This document shows, piece by piece, positions 25,521 through 39,890 of a stretch of DNA of 64,000 nucleotides. A model generated the notes under the pieces. It was not told the DNA's origin. It saw only the letters and a list, made by a program, of their open reading frames with translations, and did not search any database. The stretch is from positions 41,912,001 to 41,976,000 of the forward strand of contig OX597823.1 of assembly GCA_951406725.2 (NCBI GenBank). Direction: 5' to 3'. The position numbers and the translations under genes are program-made. Every line of letters starts with the position of its first letter. Positions within the stretch are counted from its first letter, which is position 1. The stretch comes from Octopus vulgaris (taxonomy: Eukaryota).

Positions 25521-26099
25521 TCCATATATATATATAAATGCACACACTCAAACATACAATTATATATACATACACACACACAAATATATTCGCACAGAAT
25601 TGAGCTAATATATGCACTGCATTTAGAGAATGTTCTTTCGCAGTTGTTTCATTCATTTTTTTCTTTCTGTTAATTATCAATTACTTCCAAACTGAAAGAT
25701 CTTGTTAACATCAGATTTTATTAAAAACAAGTTAGTCTTCTTTCCTTTTATCTGGTCCTTCGTGTATAAACATGACAGCAAAATCTACAACAACTATATT
25801 TTATTACAAGTATTCATTTAGTCCATTTGATTTCGCAATTTATTTGATTGTTTATGGATCTGAAGTTTTATTTTATATTTTCTTTACAGTTCAATTTAAA
25901 ACATTTCCTTTTTTTATATTTCTGTTATGATGATAAGTACTCTTAACAATGCAATAAAAATGCAATTAAAATGATGGTGGTGATAATGACGATGATGACA
26001 CAGTTCAGTTGTCTGGGTAGGTCTTATAGTTCTAGGAACCCAATGCTAACCTTATATGCAGGGGCTACCCCATAATATATATCCTAGGAAAATCTATTG

Positions 26100-26330
26100 T
26101 CTTCATATTCCTCACACTTTCCATTGTGTTGTTGCATTTATTGAACTCTAAACGCAAAATAAGCTGAATATGCTCCTTTGTCACTTCCATTATAGCTTTG
26201 AAAAAATAATTGTTAAAAATCGAACTGCTCTCTTCAAAACTTGCACTAAGAATAAGGACAAGGTAAAGTTACTAACTGCTTTTATAGCAAAAATATGCAG
26301 GTAGCTTATCCTGTCCCCCTCCAGCTATTA
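26100..26330 (-). mobile_element. mariner transposase 5' fragment
   Basis: Minus frame MEVTKEHIQLILRLEFNKCNNTMESVRNM matches the mariner N-terminal HTH (R..L.YEF..G..A.E..RNI). Confidence 0.7.
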
Positions 26331-26386
26331 GTTCATGCAATTGAAAAACAGCATTATTTATGAGATGATCCCATATACATACATAC

Positions 26387-26423
<37 letters not shown>

Positions 26424-27782
26424 CTTGTTTACACACATATGATGGGCTTCTTCCCTGCTAGTTCTTCAACAGTTATAATGGGATTTTGTTCTACCAGGTT
26501 TGCAGGATGTCCTCATTGAGCTCTGCAGATCTTCCAGGAAGAAGCTCATCTATTAGACTCCAATTACAAGGCCTTGGTTGACCCAGAGCCATATTAGCTG
26601 TCACAAAAATACTTGCCCAAGGTGCTCTGCAGTTGGAATGAACTCCAAAGCATGTTGTTCAGAAGCAAACTTAAACTGACACCCATGTCTGCACTGGTTG
26701 TATTTTCGTGAAATAACATAGACCTAGATATATACACCTGTGTATGTGTGTGTGTGTGTGTGGTGTGTTTAGGTGTAAGGCCAACAACTTAACATACCCA
26801 TACTTGACTGGTACGTAGTTTCAATTTTATCAGCTCCCGTGAGATATAAAGCAAAGTTGACCTCCGTAGAATTTGAACTCAGAGTGCAGAAACTCAAAAC
26901 AAATACTACAATGCATCATGTTTGACACTGTAAGAACTCTACTGACTACTGCCCAAATTACCAGAACAACAGAATTAACAGAATAATGGTTTATTATATG
27001 TCTCGTAAATAATGGTATATTTTATGTCTCATAAATAATCAACCAGTTAACAGTAAATATAAAATTGTGGTCTAAAATCAACAACTCACAATTTGTGTGT
27101 CTTAATTAATAATTCTTTTTATTTTTCCTCTGGATATATATTCATTTAATTACTATTATAAGAAAGCTGTTACTGTTATTGTTATTGCTGCTGGGTTTTC
27201 TTTTCTTATTCTCATAGTTTATCTTGCTGCTCTTGTCAGTATTACTCTTGTTCAGTTGTTTATTAGGTTTGCTATATATACTATAACTATGAAACCACAG
27301 ACATCACCCTCAAGTGCATATGACTTGGTAGCTTGTACTGTGCTTTCATTAATTGTTTTAGGTTCCAGCAGACATAGATAATCTTTTGGCCCTCCCAGCC
27401 CTTGATCCAATGCAAAACTGAGGATATGACAGCTGGAGGGAGAAAAGGCTGCATCAATACTCATATGGTGATTATTTTCACTTGAGTATGTCGAAGCAAT
27501 GTGAAATGAAGTGTCTTGCTGAAGGTCGCAGTGCACAAGCTGATCCAGAAATTGAACCCATGATGTCATGATCAACAGTTTGTTCAACCACTTAGCTAAA
27601 CACCTTTACATTACTACTACCATGACTATCATTATTCCTTTCCTCATTACCTTTCATCATTTTGAGCTTGACAAAATAAGTACCAGTCATGCACTGGGAT
27701 TGATGTAAATTGACTTACCTGTCCCTCAACATGTGTTCCTATAGTAGAAAGGATTATTTTTAGTTTACATGATATTTTTTTC

Positions 27783-28173
27783 TTAACTCTTTTGAAACTA
27801 TCCCACCTGAGATTACTCTTGTTTCTATGATATAAATTTCCTGTTTGAAGATGATTTAAATTAAAAAATGTCAATCAAAATTTCATAACAATTTATGTTC
27901 TAGACAGCAGCTCAATAATGACAAAGTTATTTTACTGAATTTCTCATTTTTATCAAAATTAACTGAAACAAAAGCAGTATATTTCCACAGAAACATGGTC
28001 ACCAGAGGGTTAAGGTGATCTAAATACAATCCTCCCAAAAGTTCATGTTAATTTATGTTCTAAACACCACCTAAATAATGAGAAAATTATTTTACTAAAT
28101 TCCTCATTATTTTCCAAATTAATTAAAACAAAGACAGGGTATTTCTATAGAAATATGGTAACAAAAGGGTTAA
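27783..28173. mobile_element. piggyBac-type MITE family 2 with duplicated right half
   Basis: ttaactctttt start; agggTTAA at 28010-28013 and again at 28170-28173; 28014-28173 repeats about 27850-28013. Confidence 0.75.
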
Positions 28174-29106
28174 TCTTTTTTTCTAGTCCCACATTCATTT
28201 TATCTATTTATTATTAAATTTTTATTGAAGTCCAATATATAAATTTAATGACAAAACCAGATTATTTAACAGAAAACAAACAAACATATAGATTATTTAT
28301 TGAATAAAATCAATGAAATTGTCCTGAAACACGTACACACTTATCAAACCAATGTGAGATAACAAAGAGAAAAAAATAATATACAGAAAAAAAAATGCAA
28401 TAGATAGACGAGAGAGAGAGAGAGAGAGACAGAGAGAGAGACAGAGTGAGTGTGTGAATGAATGAAAGAGAATAAAAGAAAGATGTGTGGAATTCTACAA
28501 AGTAAAAATGTAACATATAAATGTGAAGATCATTTAAAATAAAAGAAAGGAATTTAAGAAACTAAATAAATACATCAGGGTGAAATAAGAAGACAATAAC
28601 GAAGCTGAAAGAAACAGAAATAGAAAATAATATTATTAACTCGAAAGAAAACAGCAAAATGATGGGAGATATTTTTTTTCTCTATTTTTTCTTATTTTCT
28701 TTTTTTATCTTTTGTTAGTGTGAAAGTAATTTTTAATTTTTTTTATTTCATTATGCGGTTTTTTTCTGTTCTTTTCTTTTACAAGTAAACATAAACATTA
28801 AAACTCAGACACCGTGTGTGATGAATCATTTATTTAATAAGTATAGTCATGACAAAAACACAGTGTATATATATATATATACACATATGTATGCATAAAT
28901 ATATGCATATGTGTGAGTGTGTAGGTGTATATACATATATATATATATATATACACACACACATACACATATAAGTATACATATATGTATATATATATAT
29001 ATATGCATATATACATACATATATATACATATATATATATATATACACATGCACACATATATATATAGACACACATATACACACACACACATAAATATAT
29101 GCATAT

Positions 29107-29344
29107 TCTTTTATTCTTTTACTTGTTTCACTCATTTAACTGTGGCCATGCTGGGGCACTGACTTTTTAGTCAAAGAAACTGACCCCTGAACTAATTCTT
29201 TGTAAGCCTGGTGCTTATTCTATCAGTCTCCTTGCTGAACAGTTAAGTTATGGGGATGTAAACACCAACATCAATTGTCAAGCGAGATAGTGGGGGACAA
29301 ACACAGATACAAAGACACGCGCACACACATACACACACACACAT

Positions 29345-29394
<50 letters not shown>

Positions 29395-29545
29395 GACAGG
29401 TTTCTTTCAATTTCCATCTACCAAATCCACTCACAAGGCTTTCGTCAGCCTAAGGCCATATTAGAAGACCCTTGCCAAGATGACAGGCAGAGGGACTGAA
29501 CCCAGAACCATGTGGTTGGGAAGCAAACTTCTTACCGTACAGCCT
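29107..29545 (-). mobile_element. SINE family A full-length
   Basis: Reverse complement of 46742-47140 with internal (CA)n. Confidence 0.9.
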
Positions 29546-29844
29546 GAATATGTGTATATATATATGTATATTTACACATACACACACACCTACACACACA
29601 CATATATATTATATATATGTGTGTGTGTGTGTGTGTATCTTACACACACACCCACCCACATATATATATATATATACATATATACACACATAAATATGTG
29701 CATGTGTATATGTATTCATATATATAAGTTTGTGTACATATGTATGTATGTTTATGTATGAAATAGTGTGTATATACATATTTATAAGTGAAACTATGAA
29801 TATGCATATGCTTGTTCTCCAATTTTGTCTTTTTGTGTTTGAAG

Positions 29845-29881
<37 letters not shown>

Positions 29882-30179
29882 CAGAGAGACAGAGAGAGAC
29901 AGAGACAGAGACAGAAAAGCAAGCAGACAGACCAACAGATTGATTAACATGTATATTTGTGTAACCTAAAATGTATTTAGCTATGTTTTTAAAATTTGGA
30001 TTATGAAATTTTTTGGGGGCTATTTCATCTACAACCAATATCATGTATTGTGTACACATAAACAATATTCTAAAAATTTCTTCACTCCTCTCAAGATATT
30101 TATAAACACTTCATTCACCTCATGTTTGGTAATACAAGTGAAACCTGTCTAAGTTGGGTGAAAACTAAATCCCATATAT

Positions 30180-30680
30180 ATCATCATCATCATCATTATC
30201 ATCATCATCAACATGATCATTCACTTTCTATGCTGCCATGGATTGTATGGTTTACAGGAGCTGGCAAACCATAGAGCTTCATGGGGTTCCATTCATCTGT
30301 TCTGGCATGGTTTCTGTGGCTGGATGCCCTTCCTAAAGCCAACCACATTACAGAGTATAGTGGGTGCTTTTTATATGTGGCAGCAGCACAGTTGCTTTTT
30401 ACATGGCACCAGCATGAGTGCCTTTTGTGCAGCACTGACATGAGTGTTTTTTATGTGGTACCAACATGGGAGCTTTATATTGTATCATCATCATTTAATG
30501 TTTGTGCTCCATGCTGGCAGGGGTGGGATGGTTCACAAAATCTGACGTGTCAAAGGACTGTGTTGCATTACAATAGTTTCTACAGTTACATGCTCTTCTT
30601 AATGAAATCCAATTTATATTGGCTTCTTTTTTCATGACACCTGCACTAGTAAGGCCACTAAGTAACTTGCAAGATAAGAC
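30180..30680 (-). mobile_element. two tandem RTE-type tail fragments
   Basis: Two (CAT)n starts (30180, 30484), each followed by ccatg…ggatgg/ttt and gatgcccttcct-like motifs. Confidence 0.65.
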
Positions 30681-32231
30681 CCATTGACTGAATGGGGTTG
30701 CAGTATTGAGCAAGATGTTGAGAAACAAAAGTATGTTAGAGGGGCCAAAAGAAGTGTTTTGCTATAGAGGAGATAAGTGACTATTCCAGCTGGCAAAAGA
30801 GAAAAGGTGGAGGAGATAAGAGGTCAAGATATAATCCCAAGGTACAAGATGGTAGATAAAGAGAGAATAAAGGAAAAGAATTAAGGATGATTGGCTGGGT
30901 AGGGTTGTGGGAGTGTGAATGAAATGTTACAGATGGTTAGAGTTGTGGATAGAAGTGAATGCAGGGACCAGTGGAATTGATGAGGAATAGGGAGACAGTA
31001 TGAAGTGTGTGAGAGAGAAGGAGACAGACAGACAAATAGATGCACACACACACAGACACACACACACACATACATGCACACATGGAAGACAGAGGTACTT
31101 AGCAGTAGATATAATGGGCGATAAATAAAGTTTGGAGGGTCATTATTGGCAGATGTGAGTGGGTATTTAAAGGAAAATGAAGTGGTAAGGTATGATGTTG
31201 AGAATGTTGGATGGTTGACTAAAGGAAGTGGTTGAAAGGAGAGGAATAACTGGCAGCACAAAGTGGGATGAAATATGTATAGTTCTGCTCTTACATAATT
31301 ACAGCATCTGATGAAATAGTGCCATAGTTAGAAGGGTGAAGAAGGAATAGGTGTGTGTGTGTGTGTGCATATGCATGTATAACATTGTAATAAGGGTGCT
31401 GCACTTACAATTGTGACACTGTAGTTTTGATTTCCAAGCCAGGCAGTACATTGTGTTCGTTGCAAAACACTTTATCTCATTTCTCTGCAACCACTTCAAC
31501 ATTTGATGTGTGGCCATTGTACACCTGTACAGACAAGGCCAATTTGATGGAGGGAGTGTGCAAACATTTGATCACTATAAACAAATCATCTGCATGGGTT
31601 ATTCAGCAGTAAGTTGCAGAACCCTCGTCTGTCATTCACAACAGCAGAGTCTGCCATATGTAGTATATACATACATATACACACACAGCAAAATGAATTC
31701 ACTTATAAACAATACGATATATTTCATTGGATTGAAAATTCCATGAATGGTGAGTGGGAAGTAGTCAGTTTCCAGCAGAACTTGAATCGCTCATTTTCTC
31801 TAATCCTGAGAGACTTAAACCAAATTACTCTAAGCAGCCATCTTCTTTGTATCATCAAACTGAATGTCTTATTCTTGCCTGTGAGTAACCCTGAACACAT
31901 TTGGTATATAGAGGAAAGATGGATGTTGCTTTAGTATAATTGGGGGTTTATTTGTCTGAGTTAGAGAAAATGCCTGATTTGATTCTTGCAAATAATGGCT
32001 TTCTCACTTTATCTATTCAAGGGTGTTTTAATTCAATGTATTATAATATTATTAATCATAATGTATTATCATGTTATTGTTAATAGATACTAATTTATCT
32101 ATTCCTCAAAGCTTCTATATTTGCATTCTAAATGTCACTATACTTTTAGTTTTATTCTAAATACACAATTATGAGTCATATAGGAATACTCTAAATATGA
32201 TTTATTTTTACCTAGACACACTTGCCTTCCT

Positions 32232-32458
32232 TTAACCCATTAGTATATAAATCAACCATATCTCATTCAAATATTCTACCTGTTTTATGTTTAAAATGGC
32301 CAAATCTTGCCCCTCCCACCTACCCTACAGTATCATTATAAAGTTAAACAATCACATCTTTGAAATCTCAAAGCTACAAAATAATTCATGATTAATTCAA
32401 AACAATGTGAATAAATAAGCATTACATTTGACAGAGAAGTCTGATGCTAAAGGGTTAA
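32232..32458. mobile_element. piggyBac-type MITE family 1
   Basis: TTAA ends, …gatgctaaagggTTAA; homologous to 2023-2248. Confidence 0.85.
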
Positions 32459-32879
32459 TGATAACTGGAATTATTTTTAGTTAAATCAATACTATTAAAA
32501 TACTGGTATTTCATTGACAAATCAATGTTATGTATATGGTTGACTCCTGGCAGCATTGAACTAAATACAATGATTGATTTAAATTTTCTGTCTACTATTT
32601 GTACAACTTTTAAAAATGAATTTTCCATTGTGAGTATTGAAGACTATAATCTAGAGATATGAATGGTAAAATTTAATTCTAGTTGGAGATACACTTGGAA
32701 TAATGAAGCTAAAAATTTTGAAGTAAGAAAGCTGGTTCTGCTACAGATCTAGATAATTTGATAACTCAATGATAGGGATCATAAAACATTCCATTAATTT
32801 ACTAAAACAAAATACCTGTAATTATTCAGGTTTATAACTCACATAACTCACATAACTTCCAAAGAATAGATTTTTATTT

Positions 32880-34570
32880 TAGCAGCTGTCAGGAAAAGCT
32901 GTTTTATTGTGGATGAATTCTCATCACTCAAAGAGGTGCATTGAAGTATTGCTTATCATTGTTATGAAACACTTGAAGAAATTTAAAATACTTAAATAGT
33001 GTGTACAAGATAGAACACTCTCACATCTTTCATTAAACAATTTCTTCTTAGTTGTTAATATCACATATAATTCATGTACACATAGGTTGCTTCTAGCATC
33101 ATTAATTTTGTATGATCTTGCATGATTAAGTATTTTCCAATTTATGTCGTATAATTTCATACTGTCCTTCAATTTCCAAACTAGTTTACGCAAACTAGTA
33201 CTGTTAAACCTATCTCTATTCCTAAAGGTGTATTCTTGGTTTGCAATCCATTTTTTAATAAAATTTTCTGTTGACCCTATGTAAAAATAAGTTTCCCATT
33301 CTGAATCAACCCTAAATCTATATACAATATTGTTCTGTAAACAAAAATTATTAAAATAATATTTATTGTTACATCTACAATCACAATTTCTTGCTAGATC
33401 ATTCTCTGTAATAGTATTACTATTTCCATTATTGTAAAAATTGTCTAATCTTTTATTATTAAAGGAAGAGATAATTCTAAACAAATTTTTAGATACTGAA
33501 AAATCTATTCTAATCCATTTATCATTAATTATTTTATTATATTTATGTTCTTTATTAAAGTGCTTAGATATCTCTCTCTCTATCCGCTCAGTCGAAGTCG
33601 GCTCTCGGTCACTTGTTGGATCAGTGTCCTCCAGTCAGTTCTATCCTGGGCCGCTTCTTTCAGATTGGCTATGTCCATTCCAGTATCACTCTTGATGGTG
33701 TCAAGCCAGCGGGTTCTTGGTCGGCCTCTTCCTCTCTTGCCACTGACCATTCCGAGCATGATGTCCTTCTCCAGGGATTTTCTCCGCATAATATGACCGA
33801 AATATGCCAATCTATGCTTGGTGATCCTAGCTTCTAGCGACATTTTCGGCCTTATCTGCTTAAGAACTTCTCCATTGGTGAGCCTCGCTGTCCATGGAAT
33901 CTGCAAAAGTCTTCTCCAACACCAAAGCTCGAATGCATTAAGTCTCTTCTGGTCAGCTTAGATATAGATCTGTAGAAAAGCTTGACCAAATCCCTTTTTA
34001 TTTGTTGTGCTTAAAGAATGATAAACCAAATATAATTATCTTTATTATAATTAACATCATTACATGAATCTGGGTTGAGATATGGTGTATACTTATTATC
34101 TTTAGACTTGAGTCTATTTATATGTCCATTTTTGTACAGAATATAGTTACTACACTTGTTCCTCTTCATATTATTGCTATTGTTAATCATATCATTACTC
34201 CTTACAAATTAATTGGATACATTTCTGCTATTCCATCCACTTACTTCGATGTCAACCAGTTTTCCATTATTATAATAAGATTTATTGCAGTTCCCATTCT
34301 ATTCCCATATCCTGCTTTTTTAAGGGCATCATTATACTATTTGGTGTTATTATTAAAGATTTCCTCATTGGAGGATAAATAAGAAACATGTTTCGAAATA
34401 TTATTAACCCAATCTCTTGTGATTGCTTTAGGATGGTTACTATGTAAGTTGATATATTTAAAATTATAGTTGGGTTTATGATATGGACTGTATAGGCCAG
34501 TATCAAGGTTCAGATTAACATCTAGGTAGCTGACTTAATCATGCTCATTTACTACAGAGATAGGTAAACC
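32880..34570 (-). mobile_element. Penelope-like element (Neptune-type) 3' part: RT thumb + GIY-YIG endonuclease, interrupted by RTE
   Basis: ORF 32924-33484 CDC…CLQNNIVY…FYIGSTE…STSLRKLVWKLK…INWKIL…NLCVHE…ESVLSCTH; upstream minus frame NLDTGLYSPYHKPN…YINLHSNHP…LSSNEEIFN. Confidence 0.9.
33572..33955 (-). mobile_element. young 5'-truncated RTE/BovB-like LINE with TSD
   Basis: Uninterrupted frame …AFELWCWRRLLQIPWTAR…LAYFGHIMRR…LEKDIMLG…GKRGRGRPRTRWLD; (AG)n tail; direct repeat gcttagatat at 33562-33571 and 33956-33965. Confidence 0.92.
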
Positions 34571-34755
34571 AAATCTTTTTTAAAAATTATGGTATTTTTT
34601 CACATATAGGTTTATTTTACTATTGGATTGACTATTAATAAAAAAAATAGTGCAGCATCTCTATTGAGTCCACCTTTAATGTCTGGAAATTCATTATGGA
34701 AATAATATAGTATGTATAAATATAGTATGTATATATATCAAATAGAAAAATGTGT

Positions 34756-35529
34756 GCAAGTGAAATAATATTATTAAGATTATAAACCTGGAAAAGTTCA
34801 GGACAAGTCATTACATCTGGTAAAGAACATTTTTATTTAAAATATTGCAGCTAAGGATAAAATTTCAAATAATATATTTAGATTTAGAAAATATTAGCTT
34901 TTATTAAAACTAAAATTTTTATTACAAGCTATTAATTACATCTATTTGTTATTACTTGTTACTTCTATCAAAAATATAAAAAAACAAATCAAAATATTTT
35001 TGCACTTTAAAAAAATTCACTTTTTAAATTATTATTCAATAATTATAAATTTGAAAGTAGGTTATAAAAATAATTGTAGTACATAATTGACTAGTTCAAT
35101 AAATAGAACAATACAAAAATTAGTTATAAATTACAGTAAAATCTACCTATAGCAACAAATTCACTGTAAAATTTGCTTGAGTTATTGCCTAAGTTATTGC
35201 CAAGTCTTCACATTTTGACCCAATGCCTATTTTTAACAATGAATTTGCCTATCATATATACTATTTTACTTTTCATAAAACTTAAGCTATATTGGTACTT
35301 TTGGATCTTATATTATAAGTATAGTGTGTCAATATTTTAACAAAATGATGGTAGCTTTTTTAATTATAATGTTACTTTGTAAATTAAAATCAAATAATTT
35401 TTAATATTCAAATTTTATCTTTAGCTGCAATATTTTAAGTAAAATTTTCATGTTCTATACTTTACTAGATGTAATAACTTGTCCTGAACTTTTCCAGGTT
35501 TATAATCTTAAGAATATTATTTCTCTTGC
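34756..35529. repeat. long inverted repeat / foldback element
   Basis: Arms 34756-34870 and 35406-35529 (ttaagattataaacctggaaaagttcaggacaagt versus acttgtcctgaacttttccaggtttataatcttaa). Confidence 0.85.
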
Positions 35530-36842
35530 TTGCATTTTCCCATATAATCCATGTTTTTTACAGGTTATGCTATTATTCTAATTGATAATATGTCAAATGT
35601 GTCAATTAGTGGTATCGTTGATAATTTTTTCTTACCTCAATGATGCCGGTGACGTGTATTAAAAGTCCCCTTACAGAACTGTATTCATGTGAAAGTATAG
35701 AACTATATTATCACCCTCAAATTTGAGAAACAAACACTCATAAGTATCTTCTTTTAAAACTTCATTGCATGAGATTGATACCATGAAATTCCTCAAATTG
35801 AGCTCTGTCATTTAAACTTAATTAAAATATAGTTTGTTTTTAAAATAAAAAAAAGTTAATTATACTTAAGTCCAATTTTGTGCCTTATATTTTTCCATGA
35901 TATTTTACCTCACAACATTTTTTAGACAAATTTTTGTTGTACGAGACAAAAACTATGAAATTCTTCATGCCTTCTTCTATCATTGAAGCTAAGATAAACA
36001 TATTTTACATTTAATATAAAAAAGTTATTTAGATCTAAACTTGATTAGAGATGTTACTTACACTCCTATAACATTGCTACGAATTTTGATGTACACTTTT
36101 TCTCTTGGACCAAATCTCAATTTTTTTCATGCCAAAATGTAGCAAGGGACCAGCCCTCTTCAAAATTTTAACTGTTCTCAATTTGGTCGAGAAGTGAATT
36201 AGCGACAAACTCTGAAAGAAGCTGCATGTGAGTAAATTGCAGCCTTAAGAATATTATTCAACTACTACTGTAGTTGAATGATATATGTATATGTATATTA
36301 TATGTATATATGCGAGTTAATTTATTTATGTAAAACTATACTGGAACATTCAAAGACATGATCTGAGATAATTTTAATTCACAACTCCAGTCAACACTAA
36401 ATTTTTAACATTTGCTCACACACATCCTTTCTCCCCTCATCCACTTTCGTTGCTTTCTGTCTCTTGCTTTTTTTTCTCTTACTTCCCACTTTTAAACCTC
36501 CCTCTTTCTCTCACCACTGTGTCCTTCTATAAGTCCTTTAGTCTTTCCAGCCTTCTAACTGTTTATAATGTGGCTCATTAAATTCATTAAGTCCTCACTA
36601 TTTGAAAATGGAAGATGACTCTTAATGCATTCACTTCAGTAATGAGGAAAACAATCTTTACCAATAGAGAAATAAAAAAATAAATAATAGTTTCTAAACT
36701 GAGTTTTATATGTAAATGTATGTACATATGGGTTGAAAATTTCAATGTAAAAACATTGAAAAGATTAGGTAGTTTTTCTGACTAAAATTTATAGCCTCAT
36801 AATCTCAGAAATGCTTCCTCCACTGACTTTTTTTTTTGCTGT

Positions 36843-36902
<60 letters not shown>

Positions 36903-37517
36903 GTGTCATAACACTCCCCATAACTCCACCGACCCTCCTGCTTCTTTCCTCTAATACACTTAGCTCTCCACATTTAACCATTCCACCTTTGAACTTCTCT
37001 GTATTATGATCTGAAATGTAAAATCTTTTCAAACCTGATGATGGACTCTCGATTTATCCGATGTTGATTGCTTCCATTATGGCTGAAATGTTGTATTGTG
37101 ATGAGCTACATCTACCACCATTATGATGGGTCTCCAAGCCCTCGGAAACAGTTGTTGGACTTATAATACCTTTCTTCCTCCCCTTTAATTTTCTCTGTCA
37201 TTTGTACTCTGTGTAAATTATATCTAAATATTTATACTCTAATATTCATCATCTAAAAGTCTTCACTTTTTGCTTCTCTCATTTTGCATGTATACATATA
37301 TGCATATTTTGTATTCCATACCCAGACTGTTATATTTCATATATCTAATTTGTTTATTCACATCTGTTTATCCATATACAGTCAACTTCATCATCTTGTG
37401 GCCTTTCTTTACCCCATGGAATTGTTTCCTTGTAAAGAGATCAAAGTCTAAGTTTGAATCATTTGAGCACTACTAAATGTCTTCTATACTGAGAATCTCT
37501 GGATCTTATCTATTGAC

Positions 37518-37850
<333 letters not shown>

Positions 37851-37940
37851 AAGAAATGATATTTATCTCTTTTTATATAAATGAAAGGGTTTAGAGAAAT
37901 GCAAAAAGAAGTGCTCAAATGTAAATGAGACAAAGATAAA

Positions 37941-38851
37941 TAAACATTGGTCACAGAACAAACATTAAATTCGAGTCAATGACTTAATATATGACATCAT
38001 ACCTCAAACAATTAAACATATATAAATATCACCATTATGTAAAAAGATAATAATATACATAAAAATACAGAAAATAAAAATATATATTTGAATAAAATGC
38101 AAATAGAACGGCCTATCTAAAGTGTAAATAAACGACTAAAAATTCAAAAGTGTGCCATACTACCAAAATATGTCCGTAAACTAAGATAAAATATCAAACG
38201 ACTAAGAATGTTTCATCAAACAATTAAAAATATTATTTAAAAAATATTTTTACTCCCCTCGCAAAAAGTAGGTCCAAAGTTCAATTTTTAAAACCATGGT
38301 AGGGTAGAGTTCATATGCAAACAGACTTCCACAAGGTCAATTCAAATGTATCGATGGCCATTTTGGGAGCTCATCATCGTGGTTCAATTACACTAAAGTG
38401 CAGCACGGCGGTGACCCCCACCATCAAGATGGACAAGAAACAGGAAATACACACAGATCAAATTTTAAAAACTTATACAATGCTACATGGTTAATTTTAA
38501 AGATAAACTCATCAGTGGACCTGTCCAAATTTTCTAACACAAAATTTTTTTGAATAATATTTTTAATCGTTTGATGAAACATTCTTAGTCGTTTGATATT
38601 TTAGCATAGTTTATGGGCATTTTTTGGTTGTATGGCACAATTTTGAATTTTTAGTTGTTTATTTTCCTTTTTGATAGGCTGTGCGTTCTCTTTGTATTTT
38701 ATTCACATGTATATTTTCATCTTCTGTGTTTTTATGTATATGCACATCTCTTTATATAATGGTGATATTTAGGTATATGTTTAATTGTTTGAGGTATGAT
38801 ATCATATATTAAGTCGTTGACTCGAATTTAATGTTTGTTCTATCACCAATG

Positions 38852-38855
<4 letters not shown>
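37941..38855. repeat. long inverted repeat, ~300-bp arms
   Basis: Arms 37941-38248 and 38541-38855 (agaacaaacattaaattcgagtcaa versus ttgactcgaatttaatgtttgttct; aagaatgtttcatcaaac versus gtttgatgaaacattctt). Confidence 0.9.
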
Positions 38856-38887
<32 letters not shown>

Positions 38888-38916
38888 TACATATATGTAT
38901 ATATATATATGTGTGT

Positions 38917-38974
<58 letters not shown>

Positions 38975-39129
38975 TTATACATAGTAGCTATGTATCTCCT
39001 CGAATTTAATGTTTTTTCTATCACCAATGTTTATATATATATCTATATATATATATTTGTACATATATGTATATATATGTGTGTGTATATATATATATAT
39101 ATATATGCTTATACACAGTAGCTATGTAT

Positions 39130-39460
39130 CTCCTCTACAGCAAGACATCTGCTTCTATCTCTCTATCATACTCTAAACTCTCATCACTTGGCAATAATCC
39201 GCCTCCCTCAAAACTATTGTCTTCTTAGTTGATGGGCCTTGAATTACAAAGTACTTGGTGACCTCACCGGTGTTGGTACCATGTAAAAAAAAAAAGCATT
39301 CAGCACAATCTGTAAAGTAGTTTACATTAAGAAGGACATTTAGCTTTAGAAAAATAGCTGAAGCAGACAGTAAAGCTTGGCACAGTTCTCCAGTTTGCCA
39401 TCTCTTGCCAACCTGTCCAGTTGAAGCCAAATATGGAAAACAGATGTTAAATGATAATGT
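39130..39460 (+). mobile_element. RTE-type tail fragment (sense)
   Basis: …aaaagcattcagcac…tgtaaagt…atggaaaacagatgttaaatgataatg. Confidence 0.6.
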
Positions 39461-39780
39461 TAATGATTTATATGCATGCACACCGCACACACACAGAGTC
39501 AATAGATGATATTGAGAGAATCTCATTATAGAAATCACTTAGTAGAACTCAAATGATTAGAATTTACACTTCAATATCTTTACTCAGGATCAAGTCAGAA
39601 GGGTAAAGAGTGGCTATGTAATCTGAGTAAATTTACTCCATTAAAAAATATATTATTTATACTTCATTGCTAATCATCTGCAAACTTTAAGTCTGCCTTC
39701 GTTTATTACACGTATACATGTAGATATATTTTGTTTAATTCAAAACCCAAGGTTTATATCTTTTTCTGTGGATCATTCTC

Positions 39781-39815
<35 letters not shown>

Positions 39816-39890
39816 CTCTCCCTAATGTAAACTTCGTTGAGATGACTATATATATATATGTATAGAAATTAAATATATATGTATAGAAAT

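Noticed and set aside
31740-31930. GTGAGT donor-like sites suggesting extra exons (also near 36228)
   Set aside because: No matching acceptor with a meaningful open frame or Cys pattern found
35750-36060. Diverged ~180-bp tandem duplication
   Set aside because: Low identity in very AT-rich sequence; could not define a unit or element ends
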